From assembly GCF_006345805.1 (NCBI RefSeq), contig NC_043014.1, forward strand, positions 13,950,001-14,014,000: DNA of 64,000 bases. The letters run 5' to 3'. Each line of letters begins with the position of its first letter. Position 1 is the first letter of the stretch. The DNA is from Octopus sinensis. Lineage: Eukaryota. The translations under genes and the position numbers were made by a program. The notes below the pieces were generated by a model that saw only the letters and a list, made by a program, of their open reading frames with translations, was not told where the DNA came from and did no database searches. Positions 25,050 to 38,681 of this stretch are shown one piece after another.

Positions 25050-26634
25050 TCCTTTATCTTTTTAATTGTTTCAGTCATTGGACTATGGCCATGAAGGATT
25101 TTAGTGAAACAAATCAACACCAAATCCTTTCCTGTTTTTTTGAAGACTGTTACTTATTCTATCAGCCTCTTCCACAGAACTGCTAAGTTACAGTGATGTA
25201 AACAAACTAACATTGGTAGTCAAGTGGTGGGGAGGGATAACAAACACAGACATACACACAAAGTGGTTAGCTTTTGGAAGGTCATCCTCTTGTATAGACG
25301 AAACCAAATCTGACAGGAACCTGGTGCCACTCTCCTGCTTGCCAGCTCTGGTCAAACTGTCCAATGCACACCAACATAGAAATGAATGTTAAATGATGAT
25401 GATGATGAAGATAATAATGATTATACACACACACACACACACATACACACATATCAAACTTATACACAGTTTTCCATTACCAAACTCACTCATAAGGCAT
25501 TGGATAGGCCAGGGCTATAATAAAAGATACTTGCCCAAGATGCCGTACAGTGGGACTGAACCCAAAACCATGTGATCTTCTTAAACTATACATCTGTCCC
25601 TGCATCTTATATACAATAACATTACACACACACACAAAACACACACACACACACTATTTTTCCACCATCTTGGGTCAGTTCTTTTAGCTTTTTTCCACTT
25701 CATCTATTGATTATTTTCTTCAGCATTTTTCTCAAAATAGTTCCATTTTTTTTTCTCTATTTCTTTGATGGCTCTCCAGCTTCTGTAAAAGCTTCACATC
25801 TTAAATTTAACAGGACATTTCACTTTAATTTGAGGATTATAAAGCTTAACCTTTCTTATCTACATTACTTTGAGAAACATATCTATTACATCCATTGATA
25901 TTTGACATCAAAAGTAGAGAAACCAAACATTACATATTACTTTGTAGTTTTTCACTCCATTTTAAATAGCTTCATATCATCTTTATCATGAACAACATAA
26001 TAGCTGATTTTTTAAAGCCACACTGGCTTAGACGGGTTTCTTCATTCAACTATATTTATCATCCTACACTTCATACAAAAAAAAAAAGACAGAAAAAATC
26101 CACAATTTTTCTTTTTCTTCCTACTACCATCTTTCAGATCTTTTCATTAGCTAACTAAATCCCTGTAATCTTCTCTGCAAACATCTTTCCCTCTCTGCTC
26201 TACATGATGTATATTTGAAATTTGCATACACTTCATTTTTAAATATTGATTTCTAGTAATAGGCACAAAGCTTCCAAAAGAATGGAAGTCAATGTAGACC
26301 TTGGTAGGATTTGTCTACTACTACTACTGATGATGATGATGATGATGATGATGATAATAATAATAAAAATGATGGTTTTAAATTTAGTCACAAGGCCAGC
26401 AGTTGGGGGAAGAGGGTGTAAGTTGACTACATCGACCTCCAGTGCTCAATTGGTACATATTTTATTAACCCCAAAAGGATGAAAAGTAAAACTGACCTCA
26501 GTAGAATTTTAACTCAGAACGTAAAGACAGACGAAATGCGCTAAGCATTTTGCCCAGCATGTTAACAACTCTACCAGCTTACCACCTTAGCAATAGTAGA
26601 AGTAATAATAATAATAATAATGATAATAATCATA

Positions 26635-27036
26635 ATACTCTTTTACTTGTTTCAGTCATCTGACTGTGGCCATACTGGAGCACCACCTTTAGTCGAGCAA
26701 ATCAACCCCAGGACTTATTCTTTGTAAGCCTAGCACTTATTCTATCATTCTCTTTTACCGAACCACTAATTTACGGGGACACAGACACACCAGCATTGGT
26801 TGTCAAGCAATATTGGGGGGACAAACACAGACACAGAAACACACACACACATATATATATATACATATATACGACGGGCTTCTTTCAGTTTCCATCTACC
26901 AAATCCACTCACAAAGGCATTGGTCAGCCCAAGGCTATAGTAGAAGACACTTGCCCAAGGTGCCATGCAGTGGGACTGAACCTGGAACCATGTGGTTGGA
27001 AAGCAAGCTACTTACCACACAGCCACTCCTGTGCCT

Positions 27037-27037
<1 letters not shown>
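26635..27037 (-). mobile_element. SINE-A, full length
   Basis: Reverse complement of the consensus; followed by (AAT)n at 27037-27083. Confidence 0.88.
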
Positions 27038-27067
<30 letters not shown>

Positions 27068-28089
27068 TAATAATAATAATAATCGACACCAGCACACAAC
27101 TGGTACTTATTTTAAACACCGAAAGGACAAAAGGTAAAGTCCACCTCAGTGGAATTTGAAATCAGAACATTGCAACAGACAAAATGTGGCTAAGCATTAT
27201 GCCCAGTGCAATAACGATTCTACCAGCTCGTTGCCTTAGTAATAATAAAAACAATAGTTATTATTAATAATGGCTGCCAGAAGGGCATGTGTCAATCACA
27301 ACAACAACAACAACAGCAGCAGCAGCAGCAATAATAGTGGTCTCAAATTTTGGCACAAGGCCAGTAACGTCCAGTGACAGCATAAGTTGATTACACTGAC
27401 CCCAGTGCTCAACAGAGACTTATTTTATTGACCCCAAAAGGATGAAAGGCAAAGTCAGCCTTGATAGACTTTGAACTCAGAATGTAAAGCCAAACAAAAT
27501 ACTGCTAAGCATTTTGTCCAGCATGGTAACTGTTCTACCAGCTTGTTCTTGCTGCTGTTGTTGTTGTTGGTGGTGGTGATGAACTGAATTTCTAATTTAG
27601 GCATAGGACCAGCAGATTTGAAGGGGAGGTTAACCTGCGCTATTAACCCCAGTATTTGATTGGTACTCTATCTTATTGACACTTGAAGCATAAAAAGTGA
27701 AGTTGACCCCAGTGAGATCTGAACTCTAAATACAAAAAGCTACTGATCAGCATCCTACAATTTACTATCCACCTTTGGAAAACATCGATGTTTTTTTTTG
27801 TTCAGGAAACCATACCAAATCAGATTGGAACCTCAGTGTACCATTTTCAGTCAAACCATCCAACCCATGCCAGCATGGAAAACAGACATTAAATGATGAT
27901 GATGATGATGATGACAACATCACAACTGCTTCATCTTTTTATCTTCTTCTAACCAAATTTCACTGCTAGAAAGAATAAGTGAAGGAAAATGAATGGTGCG
28001 TAAAAAAATCAAACCACAAAAATGTTTCACTTCTGAAATAATGAAGGTAGCTAAATTTACAAGGAGATGGAATTTTTTGTAAAATGTGC

Positions 28090-28244
28090 AGGCGATTAAG
28101 TGGATGTGCGATTAAGAAACTTGCTTCTCTCCCACATGGCCTTGGGTTCAGTCCCACAGCATGGCAACTTGGGCAAGTGTCTTCTACTATAGCTTCAGGC
28201 AAACCAAAGCCTTGTGAGTGGATTTGGTTGCCGGAAACTGAAAT

Positions 28245-28278
<34 letters not shown>

Positions 28279-28460
28279 CTGCTTGAGTTTGTCCTTCACC
28301 ACAACTTGACAATTGGTGCTGGTTTGTTTACGTCCCCATAACTTAGCAGTTTGGTAAAAAAAAAAAAGATTGATAGAGAAAGTACCAGTACTAGGGTTTA
28401 TTTTTTTTTCAACTAAACCCTTTAAGGTAATCCAATAACTAATACAAGTAAAAAGATTTC
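28090..28460 (+). mobile_element. SINE-A, degenerate
   Basis: GGGTTCAGTCCCACAGCATGGCAACTTGGGCAAGTGTCTTCTACTATAGC...(GT)n... Confidence 0.75.
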
Positions 28461-29070
28461 AAAACAATGAACTTCTCTATACAGCTGGCTGACTTCTTTT
28501 TTTTTTTTTTTTTTATCTAACAAGATTCAGTTGTATGAACATGATAGGTAGACTGCATCTTAGTATCTTAGTAGCACAATACAATGACTGCACATGGAAG
28601 CTTTAGAGTTTTACTTATCTTTTGTCATCTTTTCATTTCATTATTGAGGAAGATACAAAGAAGATTAAGATATAAGCTAAGGATCAGCATTACATCAGCA
28701 TAATCGCTCAGCTTTCGCATCTAAGACTGCAGAAGAAAGTAAAACTGTTTATTGAACAATAGACATTCTGGTAATGATGTCAAAATGAATAAATAATTAT
28801 AATGCAAGGCCACATAGAGTACACATGATCCTGTGGTTGGTTAAAACTGGTGTAGATTAAGTAAAATGGCCACATTCCAACTATTTAATCCATATCCAAG
28901 AAGTGGGAAGATCAGAAACTATCAGAGAAGAAATAAAGAACCAAAGCAAATCGGAATATATTCTTACTAGGAATTAAAAATGGAAGCATAAATGCTAGAT
29001 ATAATTTTTTACCAATAACAATCAGTTATATATCAGTTTGTGAAAAAGAAAAAAAGTTCTTTTAAATTTT

Positions 29071-29500
29071 TAAAAAATATATAGGCGCAGGAGTGGCTGT
29101 GTGGTAAGTAGCTTGCTAACCAACCACATGGTTCCGGGTTCAGTCCCACTGCGTGGCATCTTGGGCAAGTGTCTTCTGCTATAGCCCCGGACCGACCAAT
29201 GCCATGTGAGTGGATTTGGTAGACGGAAACTGAAAGAAGCCCATCGTATATATGTATATATATATATAAGTGTGTGTGTATATGTTTGTGTGTCTGTGTT
29301 TGTCCCCCTAGCATTGCTTGACAACCGATGCTGGTGTGTTTACGTCCCCGTCACTTAGCGGTTCGGCAAAAGAGACCGATAGAATAAGTACTGGGCTTAC
29401 AAAGAATAAGTCCCGGGGTCGATTTGCTCGACTAAAGGCGGTGCTCCAGTATGGCCACAGTCAAATGACTGAAACAAGTAAAAGAGTAAAAGAGAGTAAA
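29071..29500 (+). mobile_element. SINE-A, full length, nearly identical to 18132-18535 and 63121-63515 (young subfamily)
   Basis: Shares diagnostic GGCATCTTGGGCAAGTGTCTTCTGCTATAGCCCCGG and AATAAGTCCCGGGGTC. Confidence 0.92.
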
Positions 29501-30494
29501 GAGAGATATAATTTTAAGCTTGCTAGTAATAGACACAATTGCATTGAAAAGGTTTGAAGCATGTTTTAATTCTAGTTGGAATAAAGTCAAAAACACTAGA
29601 AATGTCAACTGCAAGTTTGTAAGGATTAACAAAGCAAACTAAACAAAAGCATTATATCTGAAATCAAATAGGCCTGCATCTACTACATTTAATTAAAACT
29701 TCTTCATTTACAGGCGTCTTTATTTTCCCCAAGTCCTTTGAGTTTTAGATTTTTTTTTTTTTGTTTAGTAAACTATTGATGATTTAGAAGTACAGTCTGT
29801 TTAATCTGATGTCAATTGAGAAATGGTAGCTTGGAGCAAATTGGACAAACAAAAAAACAAAAGAAAACGAAATTCATTTCTTTTTCTATAGATTATGTAA
29901 ACACTCTATTGAAGTGTTAAATGCAAACAGTTTTGTGCAACAACTGCATTTGTGAGAAAATAAATCAATACAATAGCTGTATAAGTTTAGAAATATACTT
30001 GAAATACTAAAATTCAAAATAAAATGCCTTTTTAAAAAATCCCACTACAAAGAAACTCTCACATTACACAGACACACAGCAGGAGAGAGACAAAGAGAGA
30101 GAGAGAGATAGACAAATAAACACATGCATTATATTACAAAATGTATTAACATAGCTGTGACAGCATTAAAGAAAAAAAGTGATGATGATAATGTCACTGT
30201 TTACAAATTAAAGCAAATGGAAACTTTTTTGAGCTTCTTGTCTTTGCAGATATCATGGAGGATATTGCACCATTATAAACAAATGTAACATATTTCTTTG
30301 TATTTTTTTTATTTTATAACATTTGTTAGACAACAATGTGGCAGTTTCGTATAGACAAATCACTGGTTCACCATATCTTTAATGTGTGTGTATAAACATG
30401 TCAAAATATATACTTTTTTACTCTTTTACTTGTTTCAGTCATTTTGACTGTGGCCATGCTGGAGCACTGCCTTTAGTCAAGCAAATCGACCCAG

Positions 30495-30771
30495 CTTCCA
30501 CCATAGCCTCAAGACTGCGCTGGAAACTAGTGCATGCATTCCTCAGTGTACCTGGTAAGATATTCAAATACCTCCTGAATCTTGGCCACCAGCTCAGCCT
30601 TGGTGTTGCAGGCAGAGTGATTAGTGTCTTTCTCAACCACACCCCAGACATGGTAATCCATGGGGAATTAGGAGGCCAGAAATTAGGGATGATGAAGTCA
30701 TAGAAATTATCTAACAACCACTTCTGGCTTTTTCCAGAGGTATGGCAAGGAGTGAATCCTGCTGCCACACA
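30495..30771 (-). mobile_element. maT/DD37D transposase C-terminal fragment
   Basis: Minus translation KSQKWLLDNFYDFIIPNFWPPNSP; nucleotide similarity to 42200-42350. Confidence 0.65.
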
Positions 30772-30773
30772 TA

Positions 30774-31140
30774 CAAGGTCTGATCAAAAAATGTCAGGAC
30801 TGGTGTTATCAAAAGAAAACCACAACGCATATCAGTTCAGCATTTATGCTCCTTTGAAGCAGGCTCCTTCTGAAGCTGCACACTTTATCCAGCATCGTTT
30901 CCATTGATGGAAGAAATTCTGGACCTCCTTTTTGGGGATAGTGAACAGCTGTATTGTTGCATTCTCTTGGATTTCCTTGATGTCTTGAAATCTTGTACAG
31001 TGTCTTCCACTGTGAAGACTAAGCCTTAGTTTTGGGGTCATAGCCATAGAGCCACAATTCATCACCTGCTTATGACCATTTTCAAAAAGTTTTCATCTTC
31101 CTTGACACAAACAAGGAGATCCTGCACAGACAAAACCCAA
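30774..31140 (-). mobile_element. Mariner fragment (irritans-like C-terminus) abutting the maT fragment
   Basis: TA|CAAGGTCTGATCAAAAAAT end; minus translation RFQDIKEIQENATIQLFTIPKKEVQNFFHQWKRCWIKCAASEGACFKG. Confidence 0.7.
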
Positions 31141-31432
31141 TCTTTTTGAGACAACCACACTCTACACACTTTAACTCCAATCACTGCTATAAGCAATTTG
31201 AAAGCAAATCACAGACTTCCTGCATTAGATTAGTTTAGTCTGATATTCCCAATATATTCACTGTATGAGGTTTAATTCATTATCCTTAGAAAGTACACAC
31301 ACAACAGATTAACAATTAAACTCCCAGAAACTAGAAGATATTATGTGAATTCAGTTTCTACTTGCTGTCTTCGTTTTAGCAATGCTCTTTGGGAGAGCAT
31401 GGGAATCTTGTCTCATGTTTTGATCACACATA

Positions 31433-31650
31433 TGATGGGGTACTGAAAAGTTCCTGGCTTTGGGTAAAAAAAAAATACAGGAGGATTAGTTGATTATGGT
31501 TTTATTCAGCTTATTCCCCTCTCAGATTCACACACTTATTGCAGCAGTCCTTCAGTTTTTCTAAGCCCTGTAAAAGAACTCAGAAGGTTGGGTTGTCAGC
31601 CAATCCTTTCATAATACCCTTGAAGCCAGAAAATTTTCAGCACCCACTCA
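31433..31650. mobile_element. Mariner-type MITE (218 bp)
   Basis: TA|TGATGGGGTACTGAAAAGTTCCTGGCTT ... AAGCCAGAAAATTTTCAGCACCCACTCA|TA. Confidence 0.85.
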
Positions 31651-32056
31651 TATGCAGAGAAAGTAATAGAAAACATTGTTGTACTGACCCCAAGAGATAA
31701 ATATGACAGTCATAGCCAGCTGTGAATGGAAATTGGTTTGCTTTCAAGATGAAGATCTTTAGAAAAATGAAAAACTAATTCATAGTTTATATGATCCCAA
31801 CTGTGGTTCTTTGATTACCAAGTTACTCATAAATTATGCATTCTTGCATTTATAAATCATGAAATTAGATAAAAGAAATTATTAGCATTTTGGATGAAGC
31901 AAACAATTGCTTTTCTATGTACTTATGAGTAAATCTGTGTACAGAGTTCATTATAAGTGTGTATGTGTGTGTGTGGTTGTGTGAGTATTTTGTATTTCTC
32001 TTATCTTCATGTGTAATTACAAAGTTGTAAACAATGCCATCAATGACAGTCTCTCT

Positions 32057-32096
<40 letters not shown>

Positions 32097-32359
32097 ATAC
32101 ACACACAAGCACACACTTGCACACAGATACACACATATATACCTATGTATATGTGTGCACATGTATACTCTACTGACATGCCAAAGACCAACATGGAGGC
32201 ATACTGGGTCAACTTGACATTTGCATTTTATCCAAGCACCCGAAGGACCTAACACTCAGACATATACAAGAGTATATTCTCATAAATGAAATATCCCCAG
32301 TACTAAATAGGAAATATACATAGGTAGTCATACCCCAATATCCACAGTTTATATATACA

Positions 32360-32830
32360 CAGGTAGGCTTGTTAGCAGACTGTTATGTAGATGTAGATGT
32401 ATGTGTGTGTGTAGATAAATGGATATGTAAGTAAACACATAGATAAACAGATAGATAGGTACATAGGTAATACAAACAGACAAGCACACACGCACAGATA
32501 CATACACAAATGAAGACTGAAACACATGACCATATACACACACGCACACTTCACACACACACAAACACACACACACACAAGGACACATATGAAGACACAC
32601 ATCCATACATAACAGACGCATGCACAGTTACACAAACCCATACACATAGACACACATACACACACACACACATACAAACACAGACATGAATACACAAAAT
32701 ACATACAAATGTACACACATGAATACATATATATATGCATACACATACATGCATACACAAATATACATACATACATATGTGTATACATACACACACTGAC
32801 ACACACACATGCACACAAACAAACTAACAA
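32360..32830. repeat. Degenerate CA/TACA-rich microsatellite tract; (CT)n at ~32050-32095
   Basis: Direct reading. Confidence 0.85.
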
Positions 32831-34108
32831 AAAGAACGCAGCTCTGATAATAGACAGAGTCAATGACTATTGAAAAGGTTGCAAGAGGCAACAAAAATTT
32901 TAGAAAAAATAAATAAGTAAATGAGTTGAAAACAAACTGGTGAATGTGTTAACTAAGAAGGCACTAAAAGAGAATGACTCTCCCCATACATAATATAATA
33001 CACTTTTATTAAAACTGCTAAATCATCACAAAACTGTTACTCAGAAATTCCCATTCCCATACATTGGACAGTTGTCAGTTGTGATGAATACTCAATTAAA
33101 ATCATGATTTTAATTCATTATTCATCACAGCTTGTTTATAGCAGTCCTTGGAATTAAAGTGTGTAGAGTATAGTCATCTCAAAAAGCAGATTGAGTTTCA
33201 ACAGTGCAGGATCTCCTTGATTGTGTCGAGCAAGATGAAAATTATATTTAGATAAAGCAGTTTACCTCACATGGGATTAGTTGGAGGCTAAACAACAATA
33301 TCAACATCTCAATAATAATTATTTAATGACTAGGATAGCCTTTCAGAGTATCTCCACTAAAGTATTGTAAACACAAACCACTACATTGTATTTACTCATG
33401 TATAGATCACACTATTTCATGATTGATTTTAATTGAAAAATCATAGGTGCAACATACACTGATCAGAAACTAAATATGAAGGGGGAAAATTTTGTAGCAA
33501 GATTTAACCCTAAATATACGCAAGTAAATATGGTAGATTCCCTTCTGTTTTGTCGCTGTTTTTATCATATATAACATTTTTATGTCTGTTTACTGGATAT
33601 ATATCTATAGAAACTAGTGCAGCATAGACTGGAAAAGAAGGATTTGGAAACTTAAGGTTCCTTTAAATGATCAGAGATTTAGGGACACCCCAAGTGAGAA
33701 ATTTAACAAGGAGAAAGAGGGACTAGAGATTTGTAACATAGAGGGCATCTGGGAGTTCCTGTGTGGTTGTCCTTGCATTCAGGCTACCCCCTGCATCCCT
33801 TTCCAGCTGAGCATTTCTAACCTTGTGGGTTCATGGGTGCTGGTGCCACATAAGAAGCACCCATACTGGTGCCACATAAACACACCCTTGCTGGTGCTGC
33901 ATAAAATCACCCCATACACCCTGTAAAGCGATTGGTGTTAGGAAAGGCATCCAGTCATAGAAACCATACCAAAACAGACATGGATCCTGGCCAGCTCCTG
34001 TTAAACCATCAAACCCATACTAGCATGGAAAACGGATGTTAAATGATGATGATGGAAATGAAAAAGTGGAAAGGTGAGAGAAAAGAAAACTGGTAGGAGA
34101 AATGATTA

Positions 34109-34157
<49 letters not shown>

Positions 34158-34740
34158 TAGATTAATTGGAGCATACAATGCTATGAAGGAGAAAGAAGAG
34201 ACAGACTCTGCTACTCAAGGGACAGAGAGATACACTGAGAAAAATATACTGAAAGAAATGACCAAATAAAAAGAATAAACAACACAGCGTTTGACCAGGA
34301 GACAAGAGACAAAAATACGCTGTTACTTGTGTGTTGTTGAGTTTCTGCGTTTTGTTAAGTCATTGCTATAACTTCATTCTGCATATTTAAGGAATTTATT
34401 AGCAAAGAAAATAGCATCTATTGCCTTCTACTTGTTTCAGTCATTGGACTGTGACCATGTTGGGGCACTGCCTTGAAGAGTTTAGTCAAACAAATCAACT
34501 GCAGTATTCATCTGGAGATAATATGTCTTATGAGATATCTCCAGACAAGTACCACAGTAAATTTGCCTTTTTGCTATGTATTTGCATTAAGTATGATACA
34601 CAGATGGCTACTTTAATCTAATACCATTGCTTATATTGGATATGTTTTAGAATTGTCTGAACTTCTTACTCATAGAGGACATGACTTGCTCTTACAAAAA
34701 TTACATTGTTACAGTAAAAAAAAAATCAAGAAAAATGGTT

Positions 34741-34779
34741 ATTGAAGTCTGATATTGAAGTCTGATATTGAAGTCTGAT
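34741..34779. repeat. 13-bp unit x3 (ATTGAAGTCTGAT)
   Basis: Perfect triplication. Confidence 0.9.
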
Positions 34780-35632
34780 ATAAAACAAATTCCACTTCCT
34801 GTTTTATTATGATTCAAAAGTAATCATTGATAAAAGAATCTAATCGTAGAATGTCCCACAGTTATGCAATTATCCTAATTTTCACAACCATGGTGTTCAG
34901 GGAAACAAACAAATGTTAATAAATAGTGGTATTGGTCATAACGAATAGAAATAAGCTCAGTAAGTCCAATCATTGTTTTAGTAAAGTGCTGTATTTTCCT
35001 AAGGCAAGCTACTATATCTGCTGGCATAAAAGATGCACTGGCTTATTAGATACATCCCAATTTCAACAGCACATATTCCAGGAAACAATTTTTGAAGCAT
35101 TAAAGCATATAATATAGGCTCAACTTTGCATATAAAATGCAGGGTAATTGTTTGAGATAACATTTTGGTAAAAAAAAAGATTTGAACTCAGAACTAAGAA
35201 ATGTCACTAAGCATTTTGTTTGACATGCTAACGATTCTACCAGCTCACCCACTTTTATTAGGTACCATTCAAGTAGTGAGATTAATTAAATTGATTATAT
35301 CACCTCCTTCAAGTCTGTGGCTTGGACCGAAAGTTGGAAATCATTAAAAGAAAAAAAAAATATGTAGTTTAGACTTTGCATTTCTGCCTATGACTCTTCT
35401 ACTCTTTCATTTGTTTCAGTCATTTGACTAAAGCCATTCTGGAGTACCTCCTTTAGTAGAGCAAATCAATGCCAGGACTTATTCTTTGTAAGCCTAGTAC
35501 TTATTCTATCGGTCTCTTTTGCCAAACCACTAAGTTACAGGGACGCAAACACGCTACCATCGGTTGTCAAGCGATGTTGGGAGGACAAACACAGACACAC
35601 AAGCATATACACACACATGCATATATATATAT

Positions 35633-36968
35633 GCTCAGAGTAAAAGGCAGACTGTATGATGCATGTGTACGAACAGCCATGCTACATGGCAGTGAAACAT
35701 GGGCCGTGACTGCTGAGGACATGCGTAAGCTCGCGAGAAATGAAGCTAGTATGCTCCGTTGGATGTGTAATGTCAGTGTTCATAGTCGACAGAGTGTAAG
35801 TACCTTGAGAGAAAAGTTGGACCTAAGAGGAATCAGATGTTGTGTGCAAGAGAGACGATTGCGCTGGTATGGTCATGTGTTGAGAATGGATGAAGATAGG
35901 TGTGTGAAAAAGTGCCACACCCTGGCAGTTGAGGGGACCTGTGGAAGAGGTAGACCCAGGAAAACCTGGGTCGAGGTGGTGAAGCACGACCTTCGAACTC
36001 TAGGTCTCACCAAGGAAATGACCAGAGACCGAGACCTATGGAAGTATGCTGTGCGTGAGAAGACCCGGCAAGACCAGTGAGAACAATCAAAATCAAATCA
36101 TATATCAGAAAGCAGGGGTTAAATGACCCATCCGTTCGTGTCCGCTGTCAGCCTCGTCTGGCACCCGTGCCGGTGATACATAAAAGCACCATTCGCTCGT
36201 GGCCGTTTGCCAGCTCTGCCTGGCCCCCGTGTCGGTGGCACATAAAAGCACCAACCGTTCGTGTTCGTTGCCAGCCTCACGTGGCCCCGTGCCGGTGATA
36301 CGTAAAAGCACCGTCCGTTCGTGGCCGTTTGCCAGCCTCGGCTGGCCCCGTGTCGGTGGCACGTAAAAGCACCATCCGTTCGTGGCCGTTTGCCAGCTCT
36401 GTCTGGCCCCGTGTCGGTGGCACATAAAAGCACCATCCGTTCGTGTCTGTTGCCAGCCTCGGCTGGCCCCCGTGCCGGTGACACGTAAAAGCACCGTCCG
36501 TTCGTGGCCGTTTGCCAGCTCTGTCTGGCAACCGTGTCGGTGGCACGTAAAAGCACCATCCGTACGCGTCCGTTGCCAGCCTCGGCTGGCCCCCGTGCCG
36601 GTGACACGTAAAAGCACCGTCCGTTCGTGGCCGTTTGCCAGCTCTGTCTGGCCCCGTGTCGGTGGCACGTAAAAGCACCATCCATTCGTGTCCGTTGCCA
36701 GCATCGCCTGGCCCCGTGCCGGTGACACGTAAAAGCACCATCCGTTCGTGGCCGTTCGCCAGCTCTGTCTGGCACCTGTGCAGGTGGCACGTAAAAAACA
36801 CCCACTACACTCGCGGAGTGATTGGCGTTAGGAAGGGCATCCAGCCGTAGAAACACTGCCAGATCTGACTGGGCCTGACGAAGCCTTCCAGCTTCACAGA
36901 CCCCAGTTGACCCGTCCAACCCATGCTAGCATGGAAAGCGGACGCTAAATGATGATGATGATGATGAT
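35633..36968 (+). mobile_element. 5'-truncated RTE-clade LINE: RT C-terminus (to stop at 36080), 3' UTR with tandem array, (GAT)n tail
   Basis: Uninterrupted LRVKGRLYDACVRTAMLHGSETWAVT...QERRLRWYGHVLRM...GRGRPRKTW...DRDLWKYAVREKTRQDQ*; terminus GGAAAGCGGACGCTAAAT(GAT)n. Confidence 0.92.
36129..36801 (+). repeat. GC-rich ~61-bp x11 tandem array in the RTE 3' UTR, mostly alternating two unit types
   Basis: Unit CATCCGTTCGTG(T/G)CCGTT(T)GCCAG(CCTCGG/CTCTGT)CTGGCCCCGTG(C/T)CGGTG(A/G)CACGTAAAAGCAC. Confidence 0.92.
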
Positions 36969-38648
36969 ATATATATACGACGGGCTTTTTTCAGTTTCTG
37001 TCTACCAAATCCACTCACAAAACTTTGGTCGGCCCGAGGCTATAGTGGAAGACACTTGCCCAAGGTGCCATGCAGTGGGAATGAACCCTGAACCATGTGG
37101 TTGGTAAGCAAGCTACTTACCACACAGCCACTCCTGTGCCTACTGTCAACAATACGGGCATAGGCATGGATATGTGATTAAGAAGCTCGCCTTGAAACCA
37201 TGTAATTTCAGGTTCAGATCCACAGTGCACCACCTTGGGAAGTGTCTTTTACTCTAGGCCCTGGTTTGACCAATGCTTTATGAGTGAATTTTTAGATGGA
37301 AACTGTGGAAGCACATCATGTGCATATGCATATATGCACATGTCATTGCATTTGTGGCTGTCTTACACCACTGCTTGACAACCAGTGTTGGTTTGTTTAC
37401 ATTCCTGTAACTTAGCAGTTCAGCAAAAGAGACTGATAGAATAAGTACCAGACTTGAAAATAAGTACTGAGGTCAACTTGTTCAACTTAACCATTCAAGA
37501 GTGTCCTAGCATGGCCACAGTCCAATGACTAAAGCAAATAAAATATAATATACTTGAGTATATTCCTAATAACCCTGCAACTTTGCAATCAAAACAAAGA
37601 GATTATTATTAAGAATTCTAGTCCATGATTAGAGCATAAAAATTCCTAGTAACTAAAGTCTACTGCTGCTTTTCCACAGATAACTGTGAGAGGAAGGTTA
37701 TCAGTGCATTCCTGGACTGGTATAAAACCATTCCAGAGCAGTAGTTTATCCTTACATTCTTTCTGAGCTACAGTTATTTTTAGTTGAAACAGAGCACCTG
37801 GGTCCCTACTAGGGTGTAGGAAAATTTCTAAGTGGCACTAAGATTCATGAAGTGCTGTCTTTCTACCAAAAATCTAAATTTTAGTTATACAACCATGCTT
37901 AAATTACGCAAATCAATTTCTCAAGATCATTCTTTATATTTGTACAAGCAATGAGAAAGCTATGTTATCAATGATATAACAGTTCCTTTCTTAACTTGAA
38001 TAAAGGAAGTACTATAGAATTATTATAGTACCTCGCACCAAGAATAGCATTACTTAGAATTTATTCTGTTAGTTCACCACTGCCACCACCTTTATTTGGT
38101 ATCAGTACGTTAACTTAGCAATTTTACAGTTCCAGTTTCAAATCTCAGTACATTTTGGGTGGTTTCACCTACAATACAGGATAACAGGCATAGCCTGTAG
38201 CTTACAATGAAGAACAGAAAATATAACTCAATACTTTGAATGTCAACATATCTATAAGGAAATTAGATGATAAGATTGCATAAGAGGATATATAAAAAGA
38301 CAATATGATATGATGTGATCATTTTCTTTCCACTTAGAAGAACTTGTACAGGCATTAGCTACATGAAGCCAGCATCTATAGTTCCACGAGATGCCTTCAG
38401 CTAACTTTAACTCTGTTGCTTGCTATAAGCCAAAAATCTTTTAACATGTATTTGATCTATTCATCGTCTTTGATTCTTTTCAGACTGTCAGATCATATCA
38501 GTCTACTTGCACTGTTTTGTAAAGAACACTTGATACCGTCATTGTCTAGTTTCATGCAAACAGCTCTGACATGTCAAGGCAGTACGAAGAGAGTTTATCT
38601 TTGATGCATTTCTATAGATTGTTTAAAGATATACAAATGAATAAAGCA

Positions 38649-38681
<33 letters not shown>

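Larger units (their letters stand above)
35394..37142 (-). mobile_element. SINE-A split by an RTE insertion (halves 35394-35632 and 36969-37142)
   Basis: The SINE 3' half ends in the CA/TA microsatellite; the 5' half resumes as ATATATACGACGGGCTT after the RTE (GAT)n tail. Confidence 0.88.

Noticed and set aside
25650-26250. Purine-rich minus-strand stretch resembling a decayed LINE ORF
   Set aside because: Multiple stops in all frames and no motif I could assign.
36129-36801. CRISPR-like array
   Set aside because: Units are contiguous full-length repeats with no unique spacers, sit in an RTE 3' UTR, and there are no cas genes; the context is eukaryotic.
36105-36919. Long minus-strand ORFs of 174-266 aa
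   Set aside because: By-products of the GC-rich 61-bp tandem array; the peptides are periodic and non-homologous.
38337-38604. Further candidate exons (two plus-strand acceptors; one minus-strand open frame QATELKLAEGISWNYRCWLH)
   Set aside because: No good matching donor and no phase-consistent neighbours.
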